The translations under genes and the position numbers were made by a program. Below are positions 24,615 through 36,510 of a stretch of 64,000 nucleotides of DNA, in pieces. How positions within the stretch are numbered: position 1 is the first letter of the stretch; the number at the start of each line of letters is the position of its first letter. A model generated the notes under the pieces. It had not been told where the DNA came from. It saw nothing but the letters and a program-made list of their open reading frames with translations, and made no database searches. The DNA comes from Lama glama (taxonomy: Eukaryota): assembly GCA_028534125.1 (NCBI GenBank), contig CM052818.1, forward strand, positions 48,548,001 to 48,612,000, read 5' to 3'.

Positions 24615-25131
24615 CCCGCCCCCTGCGGAGTTTATGTCCTAGCAGATCAAATGAGGGGGTCGCTACACAGCTCTCAGTGAGGGCGGTATTTCTTACAATA
24701 GCAAACAGGTGGAAGCAACCCAAGTGTCCATCAGCAGATGAGTGGACAAACAAAACGTGGTTGAGACACACGATGGAATCTTATTTTGCCCTTAAAAGGA
24801 GGGGCGTTTTGACACATACCATGGCTCGGATGAATCCTGAGGAATGACGCTGAATGAGATCAGCCAGACAGAAAAAGACAAGCACCATGCGATTCCGCAC
24901 ATGTGAGGTCCCAGAGCCACCAAATTCACAGACAGAATGGAGATCACCAGGGGCTGGAAGAGGGGCACGGGGGATTTCCTTTAATAAGTAGCTTCCATTC
25001 TGCAAGCACCTTCAGGAGACACAGAGAGTGATGGCTGCAAACCAGCGTGAGTGTTCTAATGTTGTCGAGCTGTGCGCCTAGAAGTGGTTGAAATGTGCAT
25101 TTTATATTATATACATTTTACCACAATAAAA
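24615..25131 (+). mobile_element. L1MB-like 3' end
   Basis: Translation ..FLTIANRWKQPKCPSADEWTNK.. matches the ORF2 C-terminus. Ends ACATTTTACCACAATAAAA. Confidence 0.88.
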
Positions 25132-27349
25132 GTGTTGACATCTCAGAGCGTTTTAGACCAGCTCCTCTATTCCCTGAGAGTTTCCACACTGTCTTTGCTG
25201 GAAAACTTTTTTCTCTGTCACTGTGTCCCCAGGCTCGCCTCTTCCTGGACACCCAGCTGAAATGCTACGACCTTTCCAAACCTTTCCTGATCCCCAGGGA
25301 AGAGCAATCTCTTCCAAACTCGACTTACTTGGTACCACGTTCCTGTTCCTGGACCTGTTGCCTCTCAAGTCCCTCAGTCCCGCACGTCGCTTTCTTGGGG
25401 GTGAACCTAAGTCTGGTTCAGCTTCTAACCCCGCAGCACCCGACACAGGACCCAGGACACAGAAGGTCCTGGATGTTCAGTGGACAAGGGACAGAGGAGC
25501 CAGTGTTAGCTCATCACCGTGTCCTTTTCCAACAGGAGCACTTGGATGATCCCAACCAGAGTGTCCAGGGCAGAAGGGCCTTCCCGTGGGACCCTCCTGG
25601 GCGGGAGGCAGAGAGTCTGACTCAGCCGTTCTCCCGGCAGCGGCGACAGCCCCACACGCGGCGGGTCCGACCTCTCTGCGGCCTCGCGGCTGCTTCCTGC
25701 AGCTGTAGGGTCACTCCTAGTCCGCACCTGCGTAAAGCTTAAAGGTGCCCCACACCTTAGCCAACGTCCAAGTCCAAGCAAGCGGCCGAGGCAGGATTTG
25801 AATCAAATGGACCTGACCTGCATCGCCTGTCCTGCGCATGGACCTGGCCAATCCAACGACGTCTACGTGTTGGCCGCAGGGCTGGCATCAGCCTTACCGC
25901 AGGGGTCTGCTCTGAGATGCCGGGTCAGCCATGGGCAGAAGCTCATATGGAGCGTGTTGGGGAGCATTCATCTCCAGGTGACAGCACCCCCGTGTAAGTC
26001 ACATGGGGCACTCTCCCTGGGGGTGGGGTCAGTGGGGAGAATGACTTCCCAGTCAACTCGCTTCTCCCCAGGCTCTCATGCTGTGAAAAACAGCAGTGTC
26101 TTTTGATCATCTCCTACAATTTTGATAAAGTTATCTAAAAATGCCAAGGAGTAAAATGTCTTAAAGTCACCCATCCTTGTGGCAAAAATTTCTAAAGCTA
26201 CAGTGTTCCAAGTGTTTTGTTTTCAGCCTGGAAGCCAGTCTTGGGAGTCAAAGCTAAGAGAATCCAGGAGATTCGTAGAGCAGTTTCAAAACTTTCTGGG
26301 GGGCAGGGGCAAGCAGGATGGTGATGGGGCTGGCGTGTGAAGGAGGAAAGGAAGTCCCTCCAAAGGAAGTGCCCCTGCTGGGGCAGCACCATCGTCCCGG
26401 CCTGGAACCAAAGCCCCGCTTTGCTGAGCACCTGAGGACGAGGTCTGGTGCCACAGGAGGAGTTTGCCTGGCTCTGATCAAGCACAGGTCTGAGAGCCGT
26501 GCTCTGGAGACTTTCAGGACGCGGGCCTGCCCCTGGGCTGGTTCTCATCACACAAGCCTGCAGTTAAGCTCAGCCAAGGAGGCGGTGTCAGCCCGCCGGC
26601 CCCAGGCGGCTACTGTGGTCACTCCTAGGGTGAAGGAACGGGGCCCTGAGAGGAACTTCACGTGGCGGGAGACGGGCTCTGGTCACTTAGCTCCTCGGAG
26701 ACCAGACCCATCACTGCGATTCTGCTGGAACACCTTCAGTGTAGTCAGTGTGCGGGCTTTGCTGCTGGCTCAGGCTCACGACCAGAACCCCTCGCCACGG
26801 GTCCCCTTCTGATTCCGTGGAAACGGCCTCAAATCCACCCCCCACACGTTAGCCAGACACCTCGCAGTTGTCAGGCTCTAATCTAGGCTCTGGGAGCAGA
26901 ACACACGGAGACCTACGTAGCCATGGAGTTTACAGACCAGTGGGAGAGAGAGCAAAGAAGCAAACTGGGGGGGAATGTGCTGGTGAAATCACAGCAGAGA
27001 ACGGAGCCCGAGTCGGGGGTGCACAGCTTTAACGCGGGGTGGTCGAGGACTCCCTCCAAGTGGAAGGCGGTCAGACCTGAAGAAGGGGCGGGAGGGAGGT
27101 GCCTGGGGATCAAGTCCTGAGTCCCTGGCAGAGGGGGTGGAGGCGGAGGGGCCCCCCGGGCGGGGGGGTCCATGTGGCCAGGACAGTCTGAGCACACAGC
27201 ACGGAAGCCAGTGAGGCCTGAGCCCCCAGACCTTGTGCCGCATCACAAGACGTGGGGCTGGAGATGCCGCTGGGAGCAGAGGGCTGGGGGCTGGGGGCGC
27301 CCTGTGGGCTCCGCGGGCTTTGAGGGAAGGGGAGGGGTCTTGGACAGAA

Positions 27350-27779
27350 GGATGATGTAATGCGACTTGGGTTTTAACAGACCCCTTTAGCTGGCTGCCT
27401 GCCGTCTAGGACCCGGTCACGGGGCTTCAGGGCCGTGGACTAAATGATGGCGGTTGACATTTCAAAATACGTCTTGAAAGCACAGCCAATGAGACGTGTC
27501 CACAGACCTCACGAGACAGTGAGAGCTCAGACGTTCGGTTTTGACCTGGCCAGCCCCATAGAGGGAGCTGGTGTTCTGTGAGACGGGGAGGCTGCAGCCC
27601 AAGCAGGCCAGTGTGGTGAAAGGCGGGGTTACAGTTCTGGACGTGCTTAGCAGGAGACGTAGGACACATTCGCCAGAAGTTCAAGGGGGATAGCAAGTCT
27701 GTGGGAGGACGCACAAAGCTGGACCCTGGGACAGACGGAGCCAGGATGTGAGCGTGGGCGTTGCCAGCAGGTGGAGGGT

Positions 27780-27843
<64 letters not shown>

Positions 27844-28250
27844 GTGGAGGTAGATGAGATGGCCGAGGGGCAGGCCACGAAACAGAAGAGAGACGTCCAA
27901 GGTGGAGCACCTGGTCACTCCAGTGCTGACAGGTTGAGGGGACTCCAGAGGCCAACAGGGACCTTGAGAAAAAATGAACAGTGACTTAGAGAAACCCAAA
28001 GAGCATGGGGTCCTGGAAGCCAGGTGACCAAAGCATTCGTAGCACAGGAGTGACCAGACCAGCTGGGTCACTGCTGTCCGGGCGGAGGTCAGGTTAAAGA
28101 TGGTTATCCCACCACTGGGTCCGTAGTGAAGATGCCATGGTGACCCGCGCAGTTCCGAGGGTGGTGGGGCTGACAGAGCTGAGGACCTGGGAGGAGGTGC
28201 TGAGACCTGGAGGAAGGGAAAGGCAGGAGACCGCCGTCCAGAAGGGCAGG
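27350..28250 (-). mobile_element. L2 LINE fragment
   Basis: Antisense L2 text (GACTTGGGTTTTAACAGACCC..CTGGCTGC, GGGGTCCTGGAAGCCAGG, GGTCAGGTTAAAGAT). Confidence 0.7.
27783..27840. repeat. (CA)29 perfect microsatellite
   Basis: Direct reading. Confidence 0.97.
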
Positions 28251-30599
28251 GCGACTGGCCGAGGCTCACCCTGGGCAGCTGGAAGTGGCCACTTGAGGTC
28301 AAAGGTCGTAAACGAAACTGGGGCCAATCCAGATCAGCTGCCCAGCCAGAGTATCGAAGAAAAAAACTAGAAGCTGCCAAGGTTCACAAAATCAAGAATG
28401 GACCGAAAAGGGCAAAGAAAGGTCTGCTTTTATAAAAGATCACCCTTGATCCAGGGCTTGGCCGTCCATGCACGTGGAGATGGGTTCACTTCTGCACAAG
28501 CCACTTTCTGGTATCTGTGGCCACCTCGCGATTCTCGCTTCGTAACTGACACCAAAGAAGTTCTGTCCCATGTGCCGTTGCTCGGATGAACCTAGAGAAC
28601 AAAACACCAAGCCAGTTGCATGAAGATGGGGGTTTCCGTCGTAGGCCTGTCCCCCGGGCGGTGCTGCCCACACCCTCCCTCCGGCGTCTCTGAGTTTCAG
28701 CGCCTGACGCAGAAATGGGAACATGATGTGAGTGACCGGACCTGCCATCTCCTCCCACTGGGACCGTCTGAGTTTACCACCCGCGGTCCCTGGGAAGCCC
28801 GCCAGCCAGCCCAGGCTGGGACGGAAGTTCCCCCTTCTCCAAGGGTCTGACCAAGGCAAAAACAGGGCCAGTGAGCGGGTGGGGATCCACAGACGCCCCC
28901 CACAAAGGTGTCCCTCCACTTACTCCGTGGTTATCACGTGCCAAGCAGCCTGCTCCTCACTGCCTCTTCCCAGAGCACCTTGGAGGGAGTGGCCAAGGAG
29001 CCCAGCCACCTCGCCGTGGCTCCCAAACTTCCCAGGAAATATAGAAAATAGCATTGTGAGTTTTTCCTAGAATAAAATGCAGTCCATTTCCAGGACAATC
29101 CTCTAAGGTTATAACCTTCTGCTTTTCAGGATTAAAGTGCCTTTCTCTGCAAAGGTGATAGTCAGCCTCTTTGCTGTACCTTATGTGACAGAAGAAGGAG
29201 TGGACACCTTCAGGTCTGAGCCCACAGCACTGCCCTGGGAGACCCAGAGGCTGAGAAGCCGGCCCTGGGGACAGTCAGGCAAGCCGGGAATTTGCCCCGC
29301 TCACCCGCCAGCCCCCAGCGCGGCCCAGCCCTCCGGTCAGAGCTCCGCGTCGGGCTCAGCTCTGCTCCTTAAGGAGATCCCTGGGGCTCCGGCCTCTGAC
29401 TGATGGCCCCTGAGACCAGCCTCCTAACACACCGGGCTTTTGAACCTGCAGGAGGGTGGGTCTGGTCACTTTCCATAAAAATACTTACATCTTTGAAATT
29501 CTCTTTTCTTCCAGATCTAACAAGGGCACATTCACTGGCATTCATCAGATGCTTTCAACTCTGGTCCTTTGACCTTTGCTTTTATGTTGGTTTCTTTCTT
29601 TTTTTTTTTTTTTTGGTTTGTTTGTTTTATTGGTTTTCTCCCAGGCATAATGGAAAAGTTTGTTAAACTAATCGAAGTATGTTAATTTGCTGTATTTAAA
29701 TAACTTTCAGGTTAGCCTAAGGTGAGGACCCAGAATTCAACTGTGACTCTCTCTGGGAGACAAAGTTCTCAAAGAAAGGGGAAAAGCAAAAGAAACTCCC
29801 CGAAGCCTTGAGCACCCACTGGACCCCAGGGCCGGCTATGCATTTTACAGAATCTTTCCCTTGATCTTCAGGTTCAAAGTGCAAGCCAGGCCTCCTGAGC
29901 CTTACCGTCCAGACAAAGGTCAGGAAGTTTAAGTGACACGCTCAAGGTCACGGAGCTGGTAAAAGGCTCAGGTGTGAAGCCCATTGAATCAAGCCCATTT
30001 CCCGCGGCGACCTCTCCTGAGACCCGAGACGCACCTTTGCCGGGCAGGTTTCGTCTTCCCTGGGCATTCTGGCTTATTTGTTATTCATTTTCCTCTCGAA
30101 GCCGACAGGCTGGCTGAGCGTGCCGAGGTGGCCAGGGTCAAGGAGCACCTCTTCCTTTTTCAGACGTCCTCTGGTTTCTGGCGTCTTCAGAATCCCAGGA
30201 GAGGGGTTTCCCATCCAGCCCGGATTGCGGAGAGCTGCCCCTGGGTCCAGCATTCCTCCGAGTGCAGCGCGGTGATCAACGGCAGGGCTCTGTGGCGGTT
30301 CTGACAAGTTATTTTGCAGACGTCATTTCTCCTGATGCTAGGATGCCATCCAAGTGTACAAAGCCTCATCGATGAAAAGCTCACCTGTGCAGCGTGGAAC
30401 CCCAGTCCGTAAAACAAATTAGCCCGAGCAGACCAGAAAGCAGGAATCCAGTCTGTTGTCTGCTTGTCCTTAACCCTCAGCTGACGCATCTCTGATTACA
30501 ACCTGGTTTCTGAACCGGCTGTGACCCAGAAGCAGCTGTGTGTCACGGGTCACCTCCTGCTGACAAATACCATAGCTGTCATCTTGCCAAACCACAGAG

Positions 30600-30830
30600 G
30601 CCACGTTTACCAAAGGCCCACTATGTGCTCTGTGCCCAGCACTCTTCCAGGCCCCTCGAGAGAGCATTGCCTTGGGTCATCCTCACTCGAACCCTAAGAG
30701 GTAGGGGCGCATATGCCGCACATTTCACAGATGAGAAAACTGAGGCTCAGAAAGGTTCGCTCAGGTGCCCAGACCCCACAGCAGGACATGCAGAGGGACT
30801 CCGAGCTGAGGGCTTCCTCCCCCAGGCCCC
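30600..30830 (-). mobile_element. MIR SINE
   Basis: CATTTCACAGATGAGAAAACTGAGGCTCAGAAAGGTT core. Confidence 0.85.
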
Positions 30831-32729
30831 CAAGCCCGCTGCTCAATCTGCAACACGCCTGCACCCCGGCGTGGAAAAGCACCTGCCTCCAAGTCCACAG
30901 CTGCGTCAGCTGTGGGCTCCAGGATGGCCCCGGGTCTCTGGGATGTTAATCATCTCTCAGCCCCTCCTTCTTCCTGGGCCTCCGTCCCTCGGATCCAGCT
31001 TCTGCACGACTCACATCGATCTCCAACTCAAACATCTTTCCGCCTTTCAGAGCCACGCCCCTCGCAGGCTGTCCAGTCCCTTCTGTAGACTCCTCATCTT
31101 CATCCTCATCCACGATGTTACGTTCTTGGGGCTACGTCCTGACTCCTGCTGCAGTGACAAACGTTTATGAAATCTCCCAAAGGGCACAGGAGAGAAGGTA
31201 GAGAAATGAGGTTCCAGAAAGGGGCCCCTTTAATAGATGTTTCGGAAAGATGTGTCCCCATCGAAGGTCAGAAAACATGCTGTGCAGTTGTACTTGCCTA
31301 CATTGGAGCGGTTTAAGGGTCCTCGTGGGGTGGCTCCCACTGGGGTTGCAGGGCGGGCTGGGCAGCAGGGTAGGGTCTTGACACCCTCTGGCTCTCTCCC
31401 TGTCCTCACGATGGGGCCCTGGAGCCAGGAAGCTGGTTCTTAACAAGCAGGTCAGGTGAAGCTGATGAAGTTGGGGTCACGGGCCCCCAAGAACCCTGCA
31501 AACAGCGCATCATAATGATCGAACAGTGTGAGCTGGGGCCTGGAGCAGGCGGTTCTCGGGCAGGTTGAGTGAGGGAGGGCGGGTGTCAGTGGGAGCGGAT
31601 GTCGGCCGGCTATCTCGGGAGCCCTGGGCTGGGAGTCAGGTCCTGGGGCCCTGGTTTCTCATCCTTTAAACAAATTCCACAGCCCCTTTGTCGAGGTAGC
31701 CGCGAGCCTGAGAGAGTTTTGCAAAATCCCTTGCAATAGACCCTCCAGAAAGAGGTCTTTCCAAACCTTCATCAGGAGAATGCAGTACACCTAGCGCTCC
31801 ATGCCGGGTGTGCGAACTGCCTGTGAGGTGCTTAATCGTTACCTTTACTGTGAGAGCTGGGAGGTGACATTCCAGGGTGTGTTGGTCCGGATTTGAGAAA
31901 TAAAATAGAAGAGTCCGTTCGGGGAGAGAAACCAAGCTCGGTGTCCTCCCGGCGACGACAGAAAGGACAAGCAACGTTCTGTCAAAGGCTCGCCCGCGGG
32001 AGAAGCCTCGCAAAGTCCCTCAGAGAACGGGCTGCTCCGGGCGTGTCCGCATACCGAGGGGCCAGCCACTGGAGGAGCCGTGCCCTGGGAGAGGGGAAGA
32101 AGACAAATTCCTCATCTTGTTTTGGCTTGTGCAGCCAGGGAGGGCTGGGATTTTGGAAAGAAAGGCTGTATTTAAGTGCGCCCTTAACTTGATTTACTGC
32201 CACTGACAAGCCAGCCTGAAGCCAGCAGCTCCGTCCGCCCGGACTCCCCGCCTCACCTCCCCGGCTCTGCGAGGGCAAGGCAGCATCACTGTCAGGTGGG
32301 TTCCACATGTGACCTCACTGCCCTTCACACCCCGGGAGCAAGTGGGGACCGAGCCCGGTGGCTTCAGAACACGCCCGGGACGTGGGCAAAAGGCTCTCTG
32401 GGGCCAGTGGAGGTGGCGAGGGGGCGACCAAATGAACCGCTGGCAGGTGGCAGCTGGGCAGCTGGCTGCTGGGAACCCGAGCGCAGTGTGCTTTCCAGGC
32501 ACAGCCCGGTGGGCACTGTCCGCCCGGGGAAGGGCCTCCCCACTTCGGGAACCTGGAGACACGAACCTGGGGGGAGAAAGCCCTGTGTTGCCTCCTCCCC
32601 CTTAAGGCTCACCCAGTATCAGCCCCTGCCCCGGAAGATGTCACTGGAACACAAAATGGAACTTCAGATTTGTGCCTACTCGTTTTCTTACTGTTTCGGC
32701 TGCCTTCGTGGATCTCGAGAAAAATGAAT

Positions 32730-34020
32730 CTTTTATTCATTTATTCATACACGACGCAGGCATCACTCGCATCCATTTACATCAACGGAGCCAGGTCTGT
32801 GCAGGAAGGACGCTGTGAACAGGAGAGGTGCAGGTCGGCTCCCCCGGGCTCATCCTTTGCCCAAGGGGATGGCAGCTGGACGAGCCGTGCACCCTGGTGC
32901 GATACAGGAACCTGCAAAACCAAGTGCAGGCGCGACAGGAAGTCAAAAGCAGAGCGGCCGCCAAGTGCGGGGAGGGGCGGCCTGGAGTGTTTCTGCCCAG
33001 ACAGCGTGAGACGTGGAGGACGAGCGTGTGTGAGGTGTCAGCCAGTCTGCAGACAAAGGGAAATAGCAAAGTATCATCTTCAGCTGTTGAGTAACTGAAA
33101 AGGTCCGCCCTGGTGGAAGCGAGTCTGCGTTACGGACAGAAAGTCAGAAAGGAGCCTGACGGCAAAGACACGGAGCCAGCCGTCAACCTGAGGAGGGACT
33201 TTGGACCCAGGCGAACAGAGGACCTGTGAGGGAGACCAGCTGGAGAGGGGCTGCATTAGACCTGCTTTTGAAAGGTCGCTCTGCAGCGCGGGAGGGAGGC
33301 AGGGAAAGGACTGGAGACCAGGGGGTGTCATGACACAGCAGGTGGCTGTGTCCTGCGGGAGGGTGACGATGGCGGTGCCGAGGGAAGGAGGGGAAAGGGG
33401 GCGAGAGGACCAGAGAGCCTGCACACCTGACAGAGGTCGGCCACCTGTGGAAGGAGACAGGGGAGGAAGGAGGCTGAGGGGTGGAGAGCTTCCAACTGCA
33501 ATGCGTTTCTCAGAAGCCCCGGCCAGGCTGACCGAGAGCCCTGGCGCAAAGGTAGCCCCTTAGAGGAGCCCAGCCTGGGGCGGACGTGGCCGGGAGCCCC
33601 CAGCGAGAGCACGGCCTGGTGTGTGCCTCCCTGCGACCTGAGGGCTGGGCAGCTGGGGACGCCCCATAACCGTGTTCCCAGCAGCAGGTGTTCCTGAAGG
33701 GAGTCCTGAGCAAGTGGTAACCTTGCATCCACACAACCGAGGTCCCTGACTTGGACCTCAGGGGAAGGAGGGTGGCATTTGGGGAGGTCTGGAATAGGGA
33801 AGAAAAGGCAGATTTTTCTGGGGACAGAGAAGTTGACGGTGAGCTCAAAGTTGAATATGGTGGGTTTGGGGATGCCTTTGAGAAATGCGAGAGGAGAGGC
33901 GATTTGAGCTCTGCTTCTGGAAGCCGGAGGAGAGAGGTCAGGGCTGGGAACAGATGCGAGGAGGAGGCAGCATCATGGGAGTGGCACGGGGTCACCAGGG
34001 GAGGAGGTGCAGAAGGACAA
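32730..34020 (-). mobile_element. L2 LINE 3' region (fragmented)
   Basis: Begins TTATTCATTTATTCAT (L2 tail, antisense) and continues with L2-like blocks (CTGCTTTTGAAAGGTCGCTCTG, GAGCTCAAAGTTGAATATGGTGGGTTTG). Confidence 0.65.
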
Positions 34021-36189
34021 GAGAAGAGAAATCAGGGGCAGAATTGTAAGCAAAGCCGCTTTTAAAGAGTGAGCAGAAAGCAAGGAAGCAATAAAGACGG
34101 CTTGACGGGAAAACACTAGATAAGAAATCCGGCCAGTAAAAAGCACCTCCGAAGGAGGCAGAAGAAAACCTAAGCATGGGGAAATTGGTCAGATATTCAC
34201 AGCAGCCAAGAGAAATGAGGTTTTAAAGGTCCCTGCTGGGTTTAGATACACAGAGAAACCTCCACAGCTTTGGCAAGAACAGCCAGTGTGTGGATGGAAG
34301 GGAGCCCCAGCGTCACGGCCGGCGGGGAAGGAAACACAGAGCGGAGGGCCTGGTGGAAAGATGCCCGAACGGGGACGAGAGAGAAGGTGGTGCCCAGAAG
34401 GGGGGTGGCACTGAGGGAGTTTCTGAGTTGTTTGTTTTTTCTTTCAATTTTGAGAACACTTGAGATGTCTGCTTAAAGGCAGGAAGGAACCAGCGTACGG
34501 GAAACGCTGGAGCTTTTGGAAAAGGAGCACAAGAGTGAGGCCACGAGGCACCTGCCGGGGGGGACGTGGACCCCAGAGGGGAGGATCCACCCCAGCCAGG
34601 AGGGAGGAGGCAGGGAGGACAGATGCCTGCAGTAATCATATGTTTGCAGCTTCGGGGACGAGCGGACAGAATCTTTACCATATGGTTTTCAAGGTGTGTG
34701 CAGTAGGCGAAACGATCGCATGGCCGTGCGGGAGACGGGGCCAGCGCTTCAGTGGATAAAAGTGGAAACAGTTTTGCACAGAGTGGGAGGCATCAGGGGA
34801 ACCTGGAGGGTGGCAGGTGGCTGTGGAAACTGGGTGGAAAGCAACCGTGTCTCTGGTCTACGTGGCAGGCGTGAGCCACGCCCTGGACCAGACCTGGGCT
34901 CTGGGAACTCGTTCCGTGCGATAGTAATGAACACTGCCAAATGCCACCTCTCCGGGCTGCCGTACGCCCAGCGTTCCAGGCCATCAGCCTCGTTTCCCCT
35001 GAAAAGGCGTGCGCCTCCGGGCTGGTGAGCTTGCAGTAAGAGGGGCTTTTGAGACTGGCTAAACTGCCTCTCAGCTCTTTTAAAGAAGATTCAGCGAGAT
35101 TTTTGAGGCCCCTTGATAACACATTGGAAAGCCCTAGGTCCGAATCATTGGCTCCCAAGCCACCCACTCGGTTCACTCTTCCCACACCGCCGCCGTTAGC
35201 CCGGTTCCTTAGCCTAACGCGTGCGCGGCCCTCGAAGGTGAGCTGGGCACCATCACTGCTCAACACTCTAAGGAGAAGCCCAGGCCCGCCGTTTGCAAGG
35301 AACGCTTCGGGCACTCTCTCCTTTGCTCAAATGCAAACCCCGTTTACCTGACAGATCGATGTAACAGGGTCCCGGCAGCAGAACTGCCCCTTGGCACCAC
35401 CCCAGCCTCCCTGCAGCCCCAGAATCTCCGGCCACAGACACTGACTTGCCCTGGCCCCCAAGAGGGCTCTGGATGCCACTCGGACATGTGAGTTGGACAC
35501 ATGCCACCGGCAGGAAGATCTTCACCTGTCACGGCCTCTGAGCCCCACTGCTTAGAGACAGTAACTTCCACGTGGGGAGATGCTGTCAATTAAGGGATAT
35601 CATTTATAAGAATCAAGCCAAAAACATCCTTATATTTTGTACTTCAATTCGTGAAGCATTCCATGTGATTATCATGGATTTTTTAATTCTCAAAATTGAT
35701 TCTTTGCTCTGACTAATATGCTCCCAAACACAAGCTTTCCCCAAGGTTTTCTTCTTAAATAATGCAGTCTTACTATTTCTTTTTAAGTTTGAAGAGTAGA
35801 CAATGTTGGAATGTTACGCAGAAGTACCTCAATGTGGAATTTCTTTCTAATGCAGCAATAGCATTTCAGAGGTCGCCTTGCTAACGTTCAGCATTCCCCC
35901 TTACAGTGAGAGCTGCCTATCTCAGAAAAAAGTTGAGTCCAGTCACCAGCAAAGTCATTTCCTTTAGCGTGAATGTAACATTTGCTTTTTATCATGGTCC
36001 TTTTCTTTGCAGCCACTAAGACGTTGCAAGTTTGTAATCAGTGTAATAGGTGAGGTGCAGAATGTGGATTTTTTTTTATCTAAAGACTCAGGAATTTATC
36101 AGAAAGGTCAGAGAAAGAAATAGAAAGAAAAGGAAAGAAATACCTATTGATTCATGCAGCACGTTCCACAAGGATGTCAACAGTCAGCC

Positions 36190-36337
36190 TTTTTTTTTTT
36201 TTAGGAATAATTTTTATTTATTTGTTTTGGGGGGAAGTAGTTGGGGTCATTTATTTATTTAATGAGGGTCCTGGGGACTGAACCCAGGACCTCGTGCATG
36301 CTAAGCATGTGCTCTACCGCTGAGCTACACCCTCCCC
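36190..36337 (-). mobile_element. tRNA-Ala-derived SINE (camelid Vic-1-like) with TSD
   Basis: Minus strand GGGGAGGGTGTAGCTCAGCGGTAGAGCACATGCTTAGCATGCACGAGGTCCTGGGTTCAGTCCCC plus a poly-A tail. TSD TGTCAACAGTCAGCCTTT (36175-36192) / TGCCAACAGCCACCCTTT (36338-36355), 15/18 match. Confidence 0.95.
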
Positions 36338-36414
36338 TGCCAACAGCCACCCTTTGGTAAGTGTGTGTGGTGCGTGACAGGCTCCCATCCCAACCTGCAC
36401 CACGGGAGCCAGAC

Positions 36415-36510
36415 TCTTCCCCGTTTACAGATGAGAACACTGAGGCTCACCCAGACAGACGGGACAGCTCGAAGGGGCAGGACCCAGATTCTGCCTGGTT
36501 CCTCCACTGT
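36415..36510 (-). mobile_element. MIR SINE fragment
   Basis: CCCGTTTACAGATGAGAACACTGAGGCTCA core. Confidence 0.75.

Noticed and set aside
27764..27776. CTCF-like CCAGCAGGTGGAG (and partial matches near 20347 and 58697)
   Set aside because: Mismatches at core positions, in GC-rich DNA where partial matches are common.
27427..28380. Longest ORF (317 aa, minus strand)
   Set aside because: Runs through an L2 relic and the (CA)29 tract (CVCVCV...). It has no recognisable domain.
34793..35527. Protein-like 173-aa minus ORF and a possible minus-strand exon 35348-35527 ending CAG|GTAAAC
   Set aside because: No recognisable homology, the acceptor lacks a polypyrimidine tract, and no partner exons were found. 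RNA-seq or tBLASTn would be needed.
36268..36337. Possible tRNA-Ala(AGC) genes (also 23865-23933 and 51715-51787)
   Set aside because: A-rich tails, TSDs and imperfect stems identify them as SINEs.
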